Of a stretch of DNA of 64,000 nt, positions 28,741-38,700 are shown one piece after another; within the stretch, counting starts at the first letter, position 1, and every line of letters starts with the position of its first letter. Position numbers and translations under genes: made by a program. Source of the stretch: a candidate division FCPU426 bacterium. Its GTDB lineage: Bacteria; Oederibacteriota; Muellerivitia; Muellerivitales; Muellerivitaceae. The notes under the pieces were generated by a model, which searched no databases, was not told the DNA's origin, and worked only from the letters and a program-made list of their open reading frames with translations. The DNA lies in the NCBI GenBank assembly GCA_963719085.1, contig CAVRAL010000004.1, forward strand, positions 150,504-214,503, in the 5' to 3' direction.

Positions 28741-30801
28741 TTATTTCAAGATGGGAAATTCGGTCACCCGGAGCCGGGTGGATCCGTAGGGCACTAGAAC
28801 CAAATCTTGCTCGGACGCGGGGCTTTCCACCGGGCTTTGGGGCGGCGCGTCCGCCGCGCCGTGGACAAATCCCCAGCTTTCCAAAAACTTGCCATGGGCG
28901 GTGACCGTCACCGGCGCGCCATCCAGCGTAAAGGGGTTGCCCTTCAAACTTCCGGCCTGAAAACGAAGCGACTCATCCGGATTTTTAACATTCAGATCCA
29001 GCGCGAAATTCCAGGGGCTTAAGGGAACGAGGACATATTCGCTTTTCTTTTGACCCTTGGGCTGGAACCGGAACGGAATCACCGGCTTCCACGACTCTTT
29101 CAATCCCAGGCTGTAAACCAAGGGGCCCCGCTCCACGCTGGCCGCGCCTTGGAAACCGGGACGGATTTTAAATTCCATCGGCAGATGAAGTGTCAGGGTT
29201 TCTTTTCCCTCCCACTGGCAGTCAATTTTATTGAACTGGCCCGTGGTCAAGGCTTGAACCGTGCCATCGGGCAGGGTGACGGCGGCGTTCTTGGCCCATT
29301 CGGGTACCCTCAAATAAAGGGGGAACCGGACGAGCTTCGCGCAGCTCACTTGAAAACTGAGCTGGTCGCTGAAGGGATAATCGGTTGTCAGTTCCACCGT
29401 CACCGGCGTGCCCGACAAGGTCGCGGTCACCACGGAGGGCGCGTAAAGCACCGCCGCCAATCCCCCGTCGGCGGTTTTCATCCAGAGGTGGGACACCAGC
29501 TTGGGCCAACCCTGATGCATATTGGCCGTACAGCAGCCATATTGGGGTTCGAGTCCAAAAAGGTTGGCCATGCCCCGGTTGGTGGTATAGACGGGCGCTT
29601 GATCAAACACACAGGCGACTTGGTTCGCCTGCTGGTCATATTGATGCTCCCAATAATCCGGGCTGAAGGCGGCGGGCAAGGCGTTGAAGGCGATTTTCTC
29701 AATCCGATCGGCGAATCGGACATCGCCCAAAATGGAAAGCGAGGTTTCGAGGGAAAACATCGTCTCCACCATGGCGCAAAGCTCCGTGCCTTGGGATGGG
29801 CTTTTGCCGCCCAAACACTCGTCCGCGCTGAAAAGCCCGTTGGCTTCCCCATGGTAACGGTCTAAAACTTCCGGCGCCTCGAAAGCCAGCCGCCGGAAAT
29901 CAGCTTGGCCGGTAAGGCGGTAAAGAAGCGCCGGCACCTTGAGGCCCATGGCGTTGTTCACCCCATGCGCCACCAAATTCCATTCCTGGGTTTTTTCCCG
30001 CACCGGGAAATTGGCGAAATGTTTGGGCCAATCGTAGCCTTGGGCCGCGGTTTTTCTTTCCAGGTCCAAAACCCAGGTTTCCCCGGTCTTGTCATAGATC
30101 CAATTGAGCGTCACCAAAAAATCGCCCCATCTAAAATAATTCCAATCAAATAGGGCCCGTTGATCCATCTGCCGGTTGATATTGGCCACGTCCCTTACCA
30201 TCGCGGGAATCACGCGCGGGTCGCCGGTGGCTTCCTCATATTGGGACAAAGCTTTAAGGATAATAAATTGGGGCCAGGGATCCCGAAGAACGTTGGGCGG
30301 ATTATTGAAGCCGAAATTGGAGGCGCCTTGGTTGGGCCCCAGCCAGCCGTCGGGTTGCTGGTTTTTGAGGATGGTATCGACCCAACGGGTCACTTTTTTC
30401 TCAAGACCCTTGTCATCCAGTTCGTAAGCCAAGGGGATCACCCCGTCCAGCCAGTAAGGCGCCCTTTCCCAGCCTTCGCCTTTGCCGCCGATCCAGCCGC
30501 TTTGGGAAACGTCGGGCCAAAATTCGTCCAAGTGTCCCGAGAGACCGCCGGCCTGGAGCTTGAGCTGGTCCAAAAGCCATCCCTTGGGTTTGATGCTTCC
30601 CAAGGGCAGGGGCTCAAACACGGAAGGAACCAGGGTGGTTCGAATGATTTTAATTTTCGGATTTTTTTCACGGTTTTCAAAAAAGACCCAGACGATGACA
30701 CCGATGATGAGGAGGACCGCGCCGGCCCAAAGCGGCCATTTGAAAGAAAATTTTCCCGGAGGGGGCGCGGGAATCGGTTCAGTAATGGGAGCTTCGGGCA
30801 C
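28741..30801 (-). CDS. Membrane-anchored GH127-like (DUF1680, beta-L-arabinofuranosidase family) glycoside hydrolase
   Basis: The Glu-x-Cys and Cys-Cys zinc-site signature of GH127 is present (GTELCAMVE, YGCCTANMHQGWPK). The N-terminus is a Pro-rich linker plus one TM helix. Likely start is GTG at 30801 with AGGAG 9 nt upstream. The track TTG at 30888 would overlap the upstream gene. Confidence 0.7.
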   Translation of the reverse strand: MPEAPITEPIPAPPPGKFSFKWPLWAGAVLLIIGVIVWVFFENREKNPKIKIIRTTLVPSVFEPLPLGSIKPKGWLLDQLKLQAGGLSGHLDEFWPDVSQSGWIGGKGEGWERAPYWLDGVIPLAYELDDKGLEKKVTRWVDTILKNQQPDGWLGPNQGASNFGFNNPPNVLRDPWPQFIILKALSQYEEATGDPRVIPAMVRDVANINRQMDQRALFDWNYFRWGDFLVTLNWIYDKTGETWVLDLERKTAAQGYDWPKHFANFPVREKTQEWNLVAHGVNNAMGLKVPALLYRLTGQADFRRLAFEAPEVLDRYHGEANGLFSADECLGGKSPSQGTELCAMVETMFSLETSLSILGDVRFADRIEKIAFNALPAAFSPDYWEHQYDQQANQVACVFDQAPVYTTNRGMANLFGLEPQYGCCTANMHQGWPKLVSHLWMKTADGGLAAVLYAPSVVTATLSGTPVTVELTTDYPFSDQLSFQVSCAKLVRFPLYLRVPEWAKNAAVTLPDGTVQALTTGQFNKIDCQWEGKETLTLHLPMEFKIRPGFQGAASVERGPLVYSLGLKESWKPVIPFRFQPKGQKKSEYVLVPLSPWNFALDLNVKNPDESLRFQAGSLKGNPFTLDGAPVTVTAHGKFLESWGFVHGAADAPPQSPVESPASEQDLVLVPYGSTRLRVTEFPILK

Positions 30802-30812
30802 GCGAACAACTC

Positions 30813-31361
30813 CTAGTTCTTCTCGTCCTGTTCCCGCCGTTTTTGACGCCGGGCTTTGAGGATAGGATGCAACAGGTTGCCCAACCAAGATAGCGGTAAA
30901 TGGAGGGCCTCGTCCAACTCATGGCCAAGCGTTTCAACGCCGGTCAAATTGACCTGGCTCAAATCCGCTCCCGCGAACTCCGCGTCCTCCAGAACGGCGC
31001 CGCTCAAGTCCGCCTTATGGAGATTGGCGCCGGTGAAGTTCGCGCCCACTAGGTAAGCGTCCCGGAAGCTGACGCCGGACAGGCTGGCGTTGGTAAAATC
31101 GGCCCGCAGGGCCTCAACCTGGGAAAGGTCCGCGTTGGTGAGATTCGCGCCCACGAAACGGGCGTCCGAAAGTTTGGACTCCGCCAGGTCGGTTCCCGGC
31201 AGATAGCTACCGCTGAAGTCCGCCCACTCGGCCGAAATGCCCGACAGGTCCAGTCCCGACAAATCCCGCCCGCTCAAGTTTAAACGGTCAAGATTTCGGT
31301 CCTTTTCGCTCTTGCCTTCCAGGGCGCGCCTGAGCATTTCCTCAACGTCGCGAATTTCCAT
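30813..31361 (-). CDS. Pentapeptide-repeat protein
   Basis: Tandem A(D/N)LS/FxGAxL pentapeptide repeats throughout, with a basic C-terminal tail. ATG confirmed. Confidence 0.7.
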   Translation of the reverse strand: MEIRDVEEMLRRALEGKSEKDRNLDRLNLSGRDLSGLDLSGISAEWADFSGSYLPGTDLAESKLSDARFVGANLTNADLSQVEALRADFTNASLSGVSFRDAYLVGANFTGANLHKADLSGAVLEDAEFAGADLSQVNLTGVETLGHELDEALHLPLSWLGNLLHPILKARRQKRREQDEKN

Positions 31362-31370
31362 GGATCCAGT

Positions 31371-32558
31371 TTATTTCTTCGGCTGGCCAAAGACCAAGGC
31401 CAAAAAACCCGCCAATGCGGTCGCGGCCATGATGGCCGCCGTTGGAAAAACACTGTGGGCGCTGAACAGTCCTACCAGGGCGGAAGTCAACGATCCAAAG
31501 GTAATCTGCAGGAAACCCATCAAGGCGGCGGCGCTGCCCGCGTGCTTCCCGAAGGGCGCCAAGGCCAGGGCCCCCGCGTTGGGGTTTACCAGCCCCGCGC
31601 AGGCTAAAAAGGAGAATAAAAAGACAATCGTGCCGGGAAGGTTCAACCACCCCAAGGCGGAAAAAAAGACGAACACTAGACCTACCAAGCTTTGCCCCAA
31701 TAGCGCGGTTTTTAAAATCTCCGCGCTGGAGTGCCGTTTCAAAAGCCAGATGTTGAGCTGGCTTCCCCCGATGAAACCCGAGGCCAAAAGGGCGAAGATC
31801 AGGCCGTAAATTTTGGTGTCGACTTTAAACACCTCTAGAAAAATCACCGGCGAGCCGGCGATATAGACGAAGAGTCCCGAGAAAGAAAGAGCGCAGGCGA
31901 TGACGTAAATATGAAACTGGGGTTCTTTGAGGATCATGGCGAAGTTGGACAAGCTTTGCCGGAGGCTCAAAACCGCCTTGGGGTCCGGCTTATGTCCCTC
32001 GGGCAGGTAAAGGAAAACCACGGCCAGAATCGCCAAAACGATTAAAGCCAGGAGGATAAAAATCCAGCGCCAACCCAGCGAGACCGCCACGAACCCGCCC
32101 ACCGTCGGGGCCAGCAAGGGCGAGACGCTGAGGATGAGCATGAGCAGTGAAAAAACCTTGGCGCTTTCTTTGACGGGGAAAAAATCCCGCACCATCGCCA
32201 TGGAAGCCACACCCGCCGCGCAGCCGCCCAACCCTTGCAGAAACCGAAAGCCCACCAACATTTCCAAAGAACTGGAAAAGAGGCAGCCTACCGAACAAAG
32301 TAGATAAAGCATCAGCCCAAAATAAAGCGGCCGCTTGCGGCCAAAGTGATCCAAAAAGGGACCGTACATAATCTGCCCGATGCCCATGCCGATAAAATAA
32401 CTGGAAAGCGAAAGCGATATCCGCGCCGTGGGGCAGCCCAGGGCCTGCGCGATTTGCGGGAAGGACGGCAGGTACATGTCGATGGAAAAGGGGCTGACGG
32501 TCGACAGCGCCCCGAGAATGAGGATGATGAAAGTCGTATTGAGGTGTTTCGTTTTCAT
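31371..32558 (-). CDS. MFS transporter (Bcr/CflA drug-efflux subfamily)
   Basis: 12 TM helices. MFS motif A GRKRPLYFGL. ATG confirmed. Confidence 0.8.
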   Translation of the reverse strand: MKTKHLNTTFIILILGALSTVSPFSIDMYLPSFPQIAQALGCPTARISLSLSSYFIGMGIGQIMYGPFLDHFGRKRPLYFGLMLYLLCSVGCLFSSSLEMLVGFRFLQGLGGCAAGVASMAMVRDFFPVKESAKVFSLLMLILSVSPLLAPTVGGFVAVSLGWRWIFILLALIVLAILAVVFLYLPEGHKPDPKAVLSLRQSLSNFAMILKEPQFHIYVIACALSFSGLFVYIAGSPVIFLEVFKVDTKIYGLIFALLASGFIGGSQLNIWLLKRHSSAEILKTALLGQSLVGLVFVFFSALGWLNLPGTIVFLFSFLACAGLVNPNAGALALAPFGKHAGSAAALMGFLQITFGSLTSALVGLFSAHSVFPTAAIMAATALAGFLALVFGQPKK

Positions 32559-32670
32559 GAGTGGGGCATTCTAGGAAAGGCTAGGCCCCAGAGCAAGCCG
32601 GCCAACTACCTTTCCGTCAGTTCAATGCTCCCGGTTCTTTAGGCGGCAATTGGTTGGAACTGGTCGGCCT

Positions 32671-34053
32671 TTATCCTCTCCCCATTTCTCCGGTCGCACG
32701 TTTCGCCGTCAAAATGATTTCGATTTTTTTGTTCAGGCTCCGGGAAAAGGAATATTCCCCCCGAGTGGTTCGAATCCTGGGAAAGTACATAATCCCGGCC
32801 TGTCCGGCGACAACCCTCTCAAGGTTGATGTCTAGAATATCACTCCAGGCTAACTCCAATTTGCCGGTCATCCGACACAGCACCAATCCATCCTGCCGAA
32901 TTGTCAAGGCCTTCACCTTTTTGATGTCACCGCTAAGAAGCGCCAGGAAAATAACTAACCCCAAAAAGCCCAAAACCCAAAAGACGGTTTGATCACTGTT
33001 GAAAACACCAGCGACCTTCAAACACACCAAACCGACTCCCAAAATGGCGCAAAAAGACATCAACCAGGGGTCCGGAAGGGCCCTCAAAGAACCATAAGTC
33101 ACGGGTAGAGCAGGCATCTGGATTCGCTCCATGAACTCCCGGCAAATTCGTTCCCGAATGACCTCAAAACCTTGGAATTGATAATCCACCACAACCCGTC
33201 CACCGAACTGGTCCTGGACCAGCAAGTCCTTCATCCTATTACGCAAGGTGATCCCGCATATTTCACCCCAATCCATGAAGGTTTTCCGTCCATCTTTTTC
33301 CACGCGGGCGATCCCTCCCCCGCTGATCTCAATCTTGGACCAAGGAATCCTGGACCCGCGGGTCCAGCAGTAATAAGCGATGGAACCATAAGCAATGGCG
33401 GATACCCCTCCAAGGATGATTCCAAAGATTTGACTGGTTCTTTCCGTGGGGGAACGGAAGAAAAGCTCGTGCAGAAAGAGAACCATTGACCCTGCGGAGA
33501 AAAGGGAAAAACAAATCCCGCTAAACAGGAAAGTAGCTTTAACAGAAGGAGGCATAGCGAAAACTTGCGCTTCAAGCTCCTCCTCGGGCGAATATTTTTC
33601 CCTCTCGCCTTGAACTTGGGCCTTCAATTGATCAAACCCATCAAACCACTGGTTGACCTTGATCGTTTTGGTGCCCGACTTATTCAGGATAAAAAAACCA
33701 GGTCTGTTCGACGCGCTTTCCAACGCACCCATTTCACGCCAACTAATAGAGACTCGCCTCTCTTTCCCGGACGTCCAGGAAATTCCCTCTTCGGAAACCT
33801 CAATCGTTTGGCCATAGTCTGGGCGTATCTTAATGATGAGATAGAGAAGCATCACCACGATGGCCACAGAGACCGCGAAATGGACTGGATCATTCGAGTG
33901 ATGACCCCGATTAGGAAGGGCCATCGAGAAAAGGTTAAAAGCGATCAAGAAACCAAAAAAAGACGCCACTTTGAAATAGGCCTTCCGAGCCTTCGCCCGA
34001 TTGATCAAATAAGTCCGAGGCTCCAACCCCATTGTTTTCTCCCTGAACACCAT
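32671..34053 (-). CDS. Membrane protein with repeated bacterial PH-like (YdbT-like) domains
   Basis: TM hairpins alternate with three roughly 100-aa soluble segments of PH-like character. An alternative ATG at 34032 has a better AGGGAG ribosome-binding site. Confidence 0.4.
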   Translation of the reverse strand: MVFREKTMGLEPRTYLINRAKARKAYFKVASFFGFLIAFNLFSMALPNRGHHSNDPVHFAVSVAIVVMLLYLIIKIRPDYGQTIEVSEEGISWTSGKERRVSISWREMGALESASNRPGFFILNKSGTKTIKVNQWFDGFDQLKAQVQGEREKYSPEEELEAQVFAMPPSVKATFLFSGICFSLFSAGSMVLFLHELFFRSPTERTSQIFGIILGGVSAIAYGSIAYYCWTRGSRIPWSKIEISGGGIARVEKDGRKTFMDWGEICGITLRNRMKDLLVQDQFGGRVVVDYQFQGFEVIRERICREFMERIQMPALPVTYGSLRALPDPWLMSFCAILGVGLVCLKVAGVFNSDQTVFWVLGFLGLVIFLALLSGDIKKVKALTIRQDGLVLCRMTGKLELAWSDILDINLERVVAGQAGIMYFPRIRTTRGEYSFSRSLNKKIEIILTAKRATGEMGRG

Positions 34054-34073
34054 CCGATTTTAGGACCGGACAG

Positions 34074-35759
34074 CTATTTCTCCGCCAACTCAATCACGCC
34101 TTTCCAATCCTTGGGCGGACGGCGGCGGTGCATTTCGGCCAGGGTTTTTAAATAACGGGCCGGGCGGTCGCTGGGCGGCAGGTGGTCTAAAATCTCGTAG
34201 GCGTCTTCCCAGGCGCCGAACTCGAAAGCCTTCAAGCCCGCCTCGAAAGCCTTGTCGTGCTTGTCATCCACCGGCAGGGGATGGATTTCATAAAGATCAA
34301 GCGCCACGGTCATGCCGGCGGGTTGGAAACGGCCGATGCGCCGGACCGCCGCGGTGTCGGGTGAGATTTTATCGGCGACTTCTTTGGTCACTAAAATCGG
34401 GACTTCCACCACCTTGGTGATGCCCTCAAGCCGGGAAGCTTGGTTCACCACCGGCCCCATGACCGTATAAGAAAAAAGCTGGCGCGCGCCCATGGATCCG
34501 GCCACCACTTCCCCGGTATGAAGCCCGATGCCGCAGCGCCAATCCGGCGCCACTTCCTCAAATTTTTTCACCATGGCCAGGGCGGCCCGGCAGGCCCGGT
34601 TGATATGCTCGGCGTCGGGAAAAGGCAGGTTCCAGCAGGCCAAAATGCCGTCGCCCATAAACTGAAGCACCACGCCGTTTTCCTTGAAAATTTGCTCGGT
34701 CATGGCGGTCATCACTTCCCGAAGCTCGCCCATCTTGTCCAAAATTTTCTCGGCCTTGCCTTCGGTGATCTTGGAAAAACCCCGGATGTCGAAAAACATC
34801 ACGGTGCCCTCGCTCAGGCGCGGTTCCAGGTCCTGGTTGTCGGAGGACTCGATGATCTTGGAAACCACCTGGCCGGAGAAAAAGCGTTGGAGCCTTTCTT
34901 TTAATCCTTCCAAGCGCTGGACGGACAAACTGCGGCCCACCATGTCGGCGATAAGCCCGACCAACCGGCAATTATCCTTCAGCGTTTGGTCCGCGCCGCC
35001 CTCGCCCGAGGCGTAAAAAAGCACCGGCTCCTCGCCCGTAATTTGAAAGGCCGCGCAAACCGCCCAGTCCGCGCCGACTTGCATGGTCATCTGGGCGTCG
35101 GCCGGGCTCGCGCCCGGAGCGCCGCCCGCGGCCCAACGGTAAAGGGTGGGCTGGGGGGCAATCTTGATCGACTCCTCGATCAGCTTGCGGCTGGTTTTAA
35201 ACGCCGTTCCATCCACGGCCGAATCCACCGCCAGGACTTTTCCGCTGGGCGTCAAGATTTGGGCCCAGGTGGCGCCGGTGACCGAACGAATGAGGCTGAC
35301 CACATGGGTGAAGGATTCTTGGGAGGACTTGAGCCTGAGAATCTCAGGAAGTTCCAGCAGATCTAAAATGCGCAGGCGGTCGGAAACCCCCGCCTGCTGA
35401 TACACCTCGGGCTGGCTCATGGACAGCATCAGCTCGGGGGATTTTTCCTCGCTTTTTTGCCGCACCGGCACAAAAACAAACCGGCTCTTTCCGATCACGA
35501 ACTGCTCGTCCGGCGTAAGGGCGAAGGCTTCTTTTTCAACGCCATTGTGAAAAACGGGGTTCGCCGCTCCGGAAAGTTTTTTGACGTGGAGCTGTCCGGC
35601 TTTGAGCCTGACTTCCGCGTGGCGGCGGCTCAAGAATTTCTCGTGAGGAATGACCCAATCGGCCTCATCGGTCCGGCCCAGGACCGCCGCGTGGTTTTCC
35701 CGGATCTCAAAACGCAGGGTCGCGTCGCCTTCGCGGAAAACCTCCAGGATCGCCTTCAT
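34074..35759 (-). CDS. FHA-domain / GAF-like / class III nucleotidyl cyclase (adenylate cyclase-type) signalling protein
   Basis: N-terminal FHA (GRTDEADWVIPHEKFLSRRHAEV...NGV). The C-terminal cyclase homology domain has metal Asp residues in FFDIRGFS and GDGILA, and the transition-state N/R in VVNQASRLE. ATG at 35757-35759 overlaps the kinase stop (ATGA). Confidence 0.8.
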   Translation of the reverse strand: MKAILEVFREGDATLRFEIRENHAAVLGRTDEADWVIPHEKFLSRRHAEVRLKAGQLHVKKLSGAANPVFHNGVEKEAFALTPDEQFVIGKSRFVFVPVRQKSEEKSPELMLSMSQPEVYQQAGVSDRLRILDLLELPEILRLKSSQESFTHVVSLIRSVTGATWAQILTPSGKVLAVDSAVDGTAFKTSRKLIEESIKIAPQPTLYRWAAGGAPGASPADAQMTMQVGADWAVCAAFQITGEEPVLFYASGEGGADQTLKDNCRLVGLIADMVGRSLSVQRLEGLKERLQRFFSGQVVSKIIESSDNQDLEPRLSEGTVMFFDIRGFSKITEGKAEKILDKMGELREVMTAMTEQIFKENGVVLQFMGDGILACWNLPFPDAEHINRACRAALAMVKKFEEVAPDWRCGIGLHTGEVVAGSMGARQLFSYTVMGPVVNQASRLEGITKVVEVPILVTKEVADKISPDTAAVRRIGRFQPAGMTVALDLYEIHPLPVDDKHDKAFEAGLKAFEFGAWEDAYEILDHLPPSDRPARYLKTLAEMHRRRPPKDWKGVIELAEK

Positions 35760-38700
35760 GGTTTGGAATCGCCGGGAATCCCGCCCCAAGCCTTCACCCA
35801 AGCGTCGGTCGAGAGGGGCGCCAGGTTCCCGCTGGAATCCACCGAGCAAAGCCCGGCCACGCGGGAGCGCAAAAGCAATTGATCCGGATCCAAAGGATCC
35901 ATCCAAGTGGAATCCAAAATCTTAATCCCGCCCTTTTTATCCAAGAGTTTTAAAGACTTTCCGTCGGGCGAAAATCCAAGCTCCACGGTGAGGACTCCAT
36001 CTTGGGTCTCATCGCCGATGGGCTCGCCGGTTTTCTCGTCCCACACCTGGCGCCCGCCGTCTTGGTAAGCCAACACCAGGGCCTGACCCTTGGGGCTGAA
36101 GGCCGAATCCTGCACCGGCCCCGCGTGCTGTAACGGATTGCCGGCCGGCTTGCCCGTGGCGGTGTCCCAAAGCCGCACCGTGCCATCGGACCCGAAAGTC
36201 GCCACCCGGGTGCCGTCGGGGCTGAAAAGAACATTGGAAAGCGCGTGGCCATGGGCGAAAACCCTGACCTGTTTTCCCGAGGAAGCGTCCCACAAAGTCG
36301 CGTTCAAGCCCGAGGCCGTAACGACCGCGCGGCTGTCGGGGCTGAAAGCCGCCGCCTGGACCTTGTGATCAATTTTAAGCAGGGCTTTGGCGTCGCCGCT
36401 GTCCGAGGCCGGAAAAAGCTTAAACGCGCCTCCCGCTCCGAGAACCGCCGCTCTTTTTCCATCGGGGCTGATCGAGATCTTGTCGATTTTGAAACCCACG
36501 TCCAAGGGTTTTCCCTTTGCTTGGGCGCTGGCGGCGTCCCAGAAACGCAGGGTCTGATCATCGCCGCCGGTCAAAATTGTTTTTCCGTTCTGGCTGAAGG
36601 CCCCCGCGTGGACCGCGCCATCCTGGGGCAGGCTTTGGGCCTTGCCCGAGCCCAAGTCAAAAAGTTTGGCTTCATTGGCCGAATCGCACAAAAGCACTTG
36701 TTGGTCGTCGGGGCTGAACAGGGCCCGGAAAAGGGTTCCGTCCGTCGTCAAAGGCCCGCCGATGGCCTTCCCTGAATCCGCGTCCCAAAGACAAGCGGAC
36801 TTGCCGCCATAGGTGATTAAGGTCTTCGCGTCATGGCTGAGAAGCGCGTGCGTCTGGAGCGCTTTCAAATGTTCCCGGCCGCCGGTTTTCCAAGCCAAGC
36901 CCGTTTGAGAACCCGCGCCGCGGGAAACATCCCAAAAACGGATCAACCCGTCCTGGGTCCCCGTGATCAGGCGCCGGCCATCGGGGCCAAAAGCCGCCGC
37001 GGTCACGCCCGACCCATGCCACAACATTTTCCCCAAAGGCTGGCCGGTCTCAGCGTCCCAAACCCAAGCCACGTGGTCGGAGGTTCCCGCCACAATCTCC
37101 GACCCGTCCGGGCTGAATCCCAAGCTTAAAACCTTGCCGTTGGTATGGAGCGTAAACCTTTCGGGCGAGCGGTTTTTAAAGCTCCAAACCCGCACCTCGC
37201 CCGTGGCGCCGGCGAAAATGACCGAGCTCACGAATTTTTGTCCGTTGGGGCTCAACGCCGCTTGGGCGCCCAGGCCTTCCAGATAAAGGTGCCGTCCCTG
37301 CGCGCGGCCATTGCCCGCGTCATAAAACCAGATACTGCCGTCCCAACCCGTCGCCACGATCTGGCTTCCGTTCAGGCTGTAAAAGAGGCTGGGTTTAAAG
37401 GAGGCCGCGGCGCCTTTCATCCTCAAATCCAAAGGCTTTTCCACCGGATTCCCATTGGACGCGTCCCAAATTTGCGCGGTCCCGTCTTTACTGGCGGTTA
37501 AAACCCGGTGGCCGTCGGGACTAAAGAGCGCCTGGAACAAGGACTCGGATTGTTTGAAAACGGTTTTCAAGGGCTTGCCCGTGGCGGCGTCAAATAAACG
37601 CGCCACGCCGTCCGCGCCGGCGGTCAGGACCCAGCGGCCGTCCGGGCTGAAGCAAATGGAATTGATTTGTTTGTCGGTTTCGATGGCCCCGCCGATTTGT
37701 TTTCCGGTCTCGACGTCCCAGACCCCGGCGTTGCCGTCCGCGTCGCCGCAAGCCACCTGGGAACCGTCCGAGTTAAAAGCCGCGGCCGTGGCCGCGCCGC
37801 CGGTTTTAAAAACCCGGTTTAAGGATTGGCCGTCCGCCGTAAATAACCGCGCGCCCGCGCTTCCGCCGGCGGCCAGGATTTTTTTACCCGAAGGGCTCAA
37901 GGCGACCGCCACGATGCTTCCATCCTGGGAAAAGACGGCCCCCGGAATGGGCGGCATATGCAACACCGCGTTACCCCGGGCTAAAAGGGTGGGCAAAATT
38001 TTATTGGAAGCGGCGAAATAAGCCGTGGCTGAGGCCTCGTCATCTTTATCCAAATATTCCCGGCCCCGAAGGACATAGTTGAAAGCCGTGTCCTGAACCT
38101 GGGATTGTTGGCGCTCATGGACAAAAAACCAGGCGGTTAAAGCGCCCAGGAGCGCCAACGCGGCCAACCCCACCGAGACCCGGTAAAGCATCAAAAACTT
38201 CCCCAGCCAATAACCCCAATCGTGGGAGAGCGGGCTCACCGGCTTCCCTTCCCGGCGGGCCTTGAGGTCTTTGAGCACGTCGCTCACGCTGGCGTAGCGC
38301 TCCAACGGATTGGGCTTCATGCACTTGTCGATAATGGCGGACAGGTCCCGGTCCACCCGGCCCTTGGTGATTTCAAACAGGGGCGGAACCACGTGATGGG
38401 CGATGGAATCGCGGTAAAGCCTCAACCGTTCCTCGACCTGGGGCGTGGACTCCAATTGGGTTCCAATTTCCTCATGCGGCACATGCCCGCTGAGCATGGT
38501 GTAGGCGGTACAGCCCAGCGCGTAAATGTCCCAACGGGCGTCGGGCTGAAGCGGATGGTCTTGGTCGGGGATAACCGCTTGTTCGGGCGCCATAAAAAAA
38601 AGCGTGCCGAGGGCGCTTCCGGACTCGCTCAAGACACGGGAATTGCCGAAGTCCGCCACCCGCACATGGCCTTCCTCATCCAATAAAACGTTGGCGGGTT

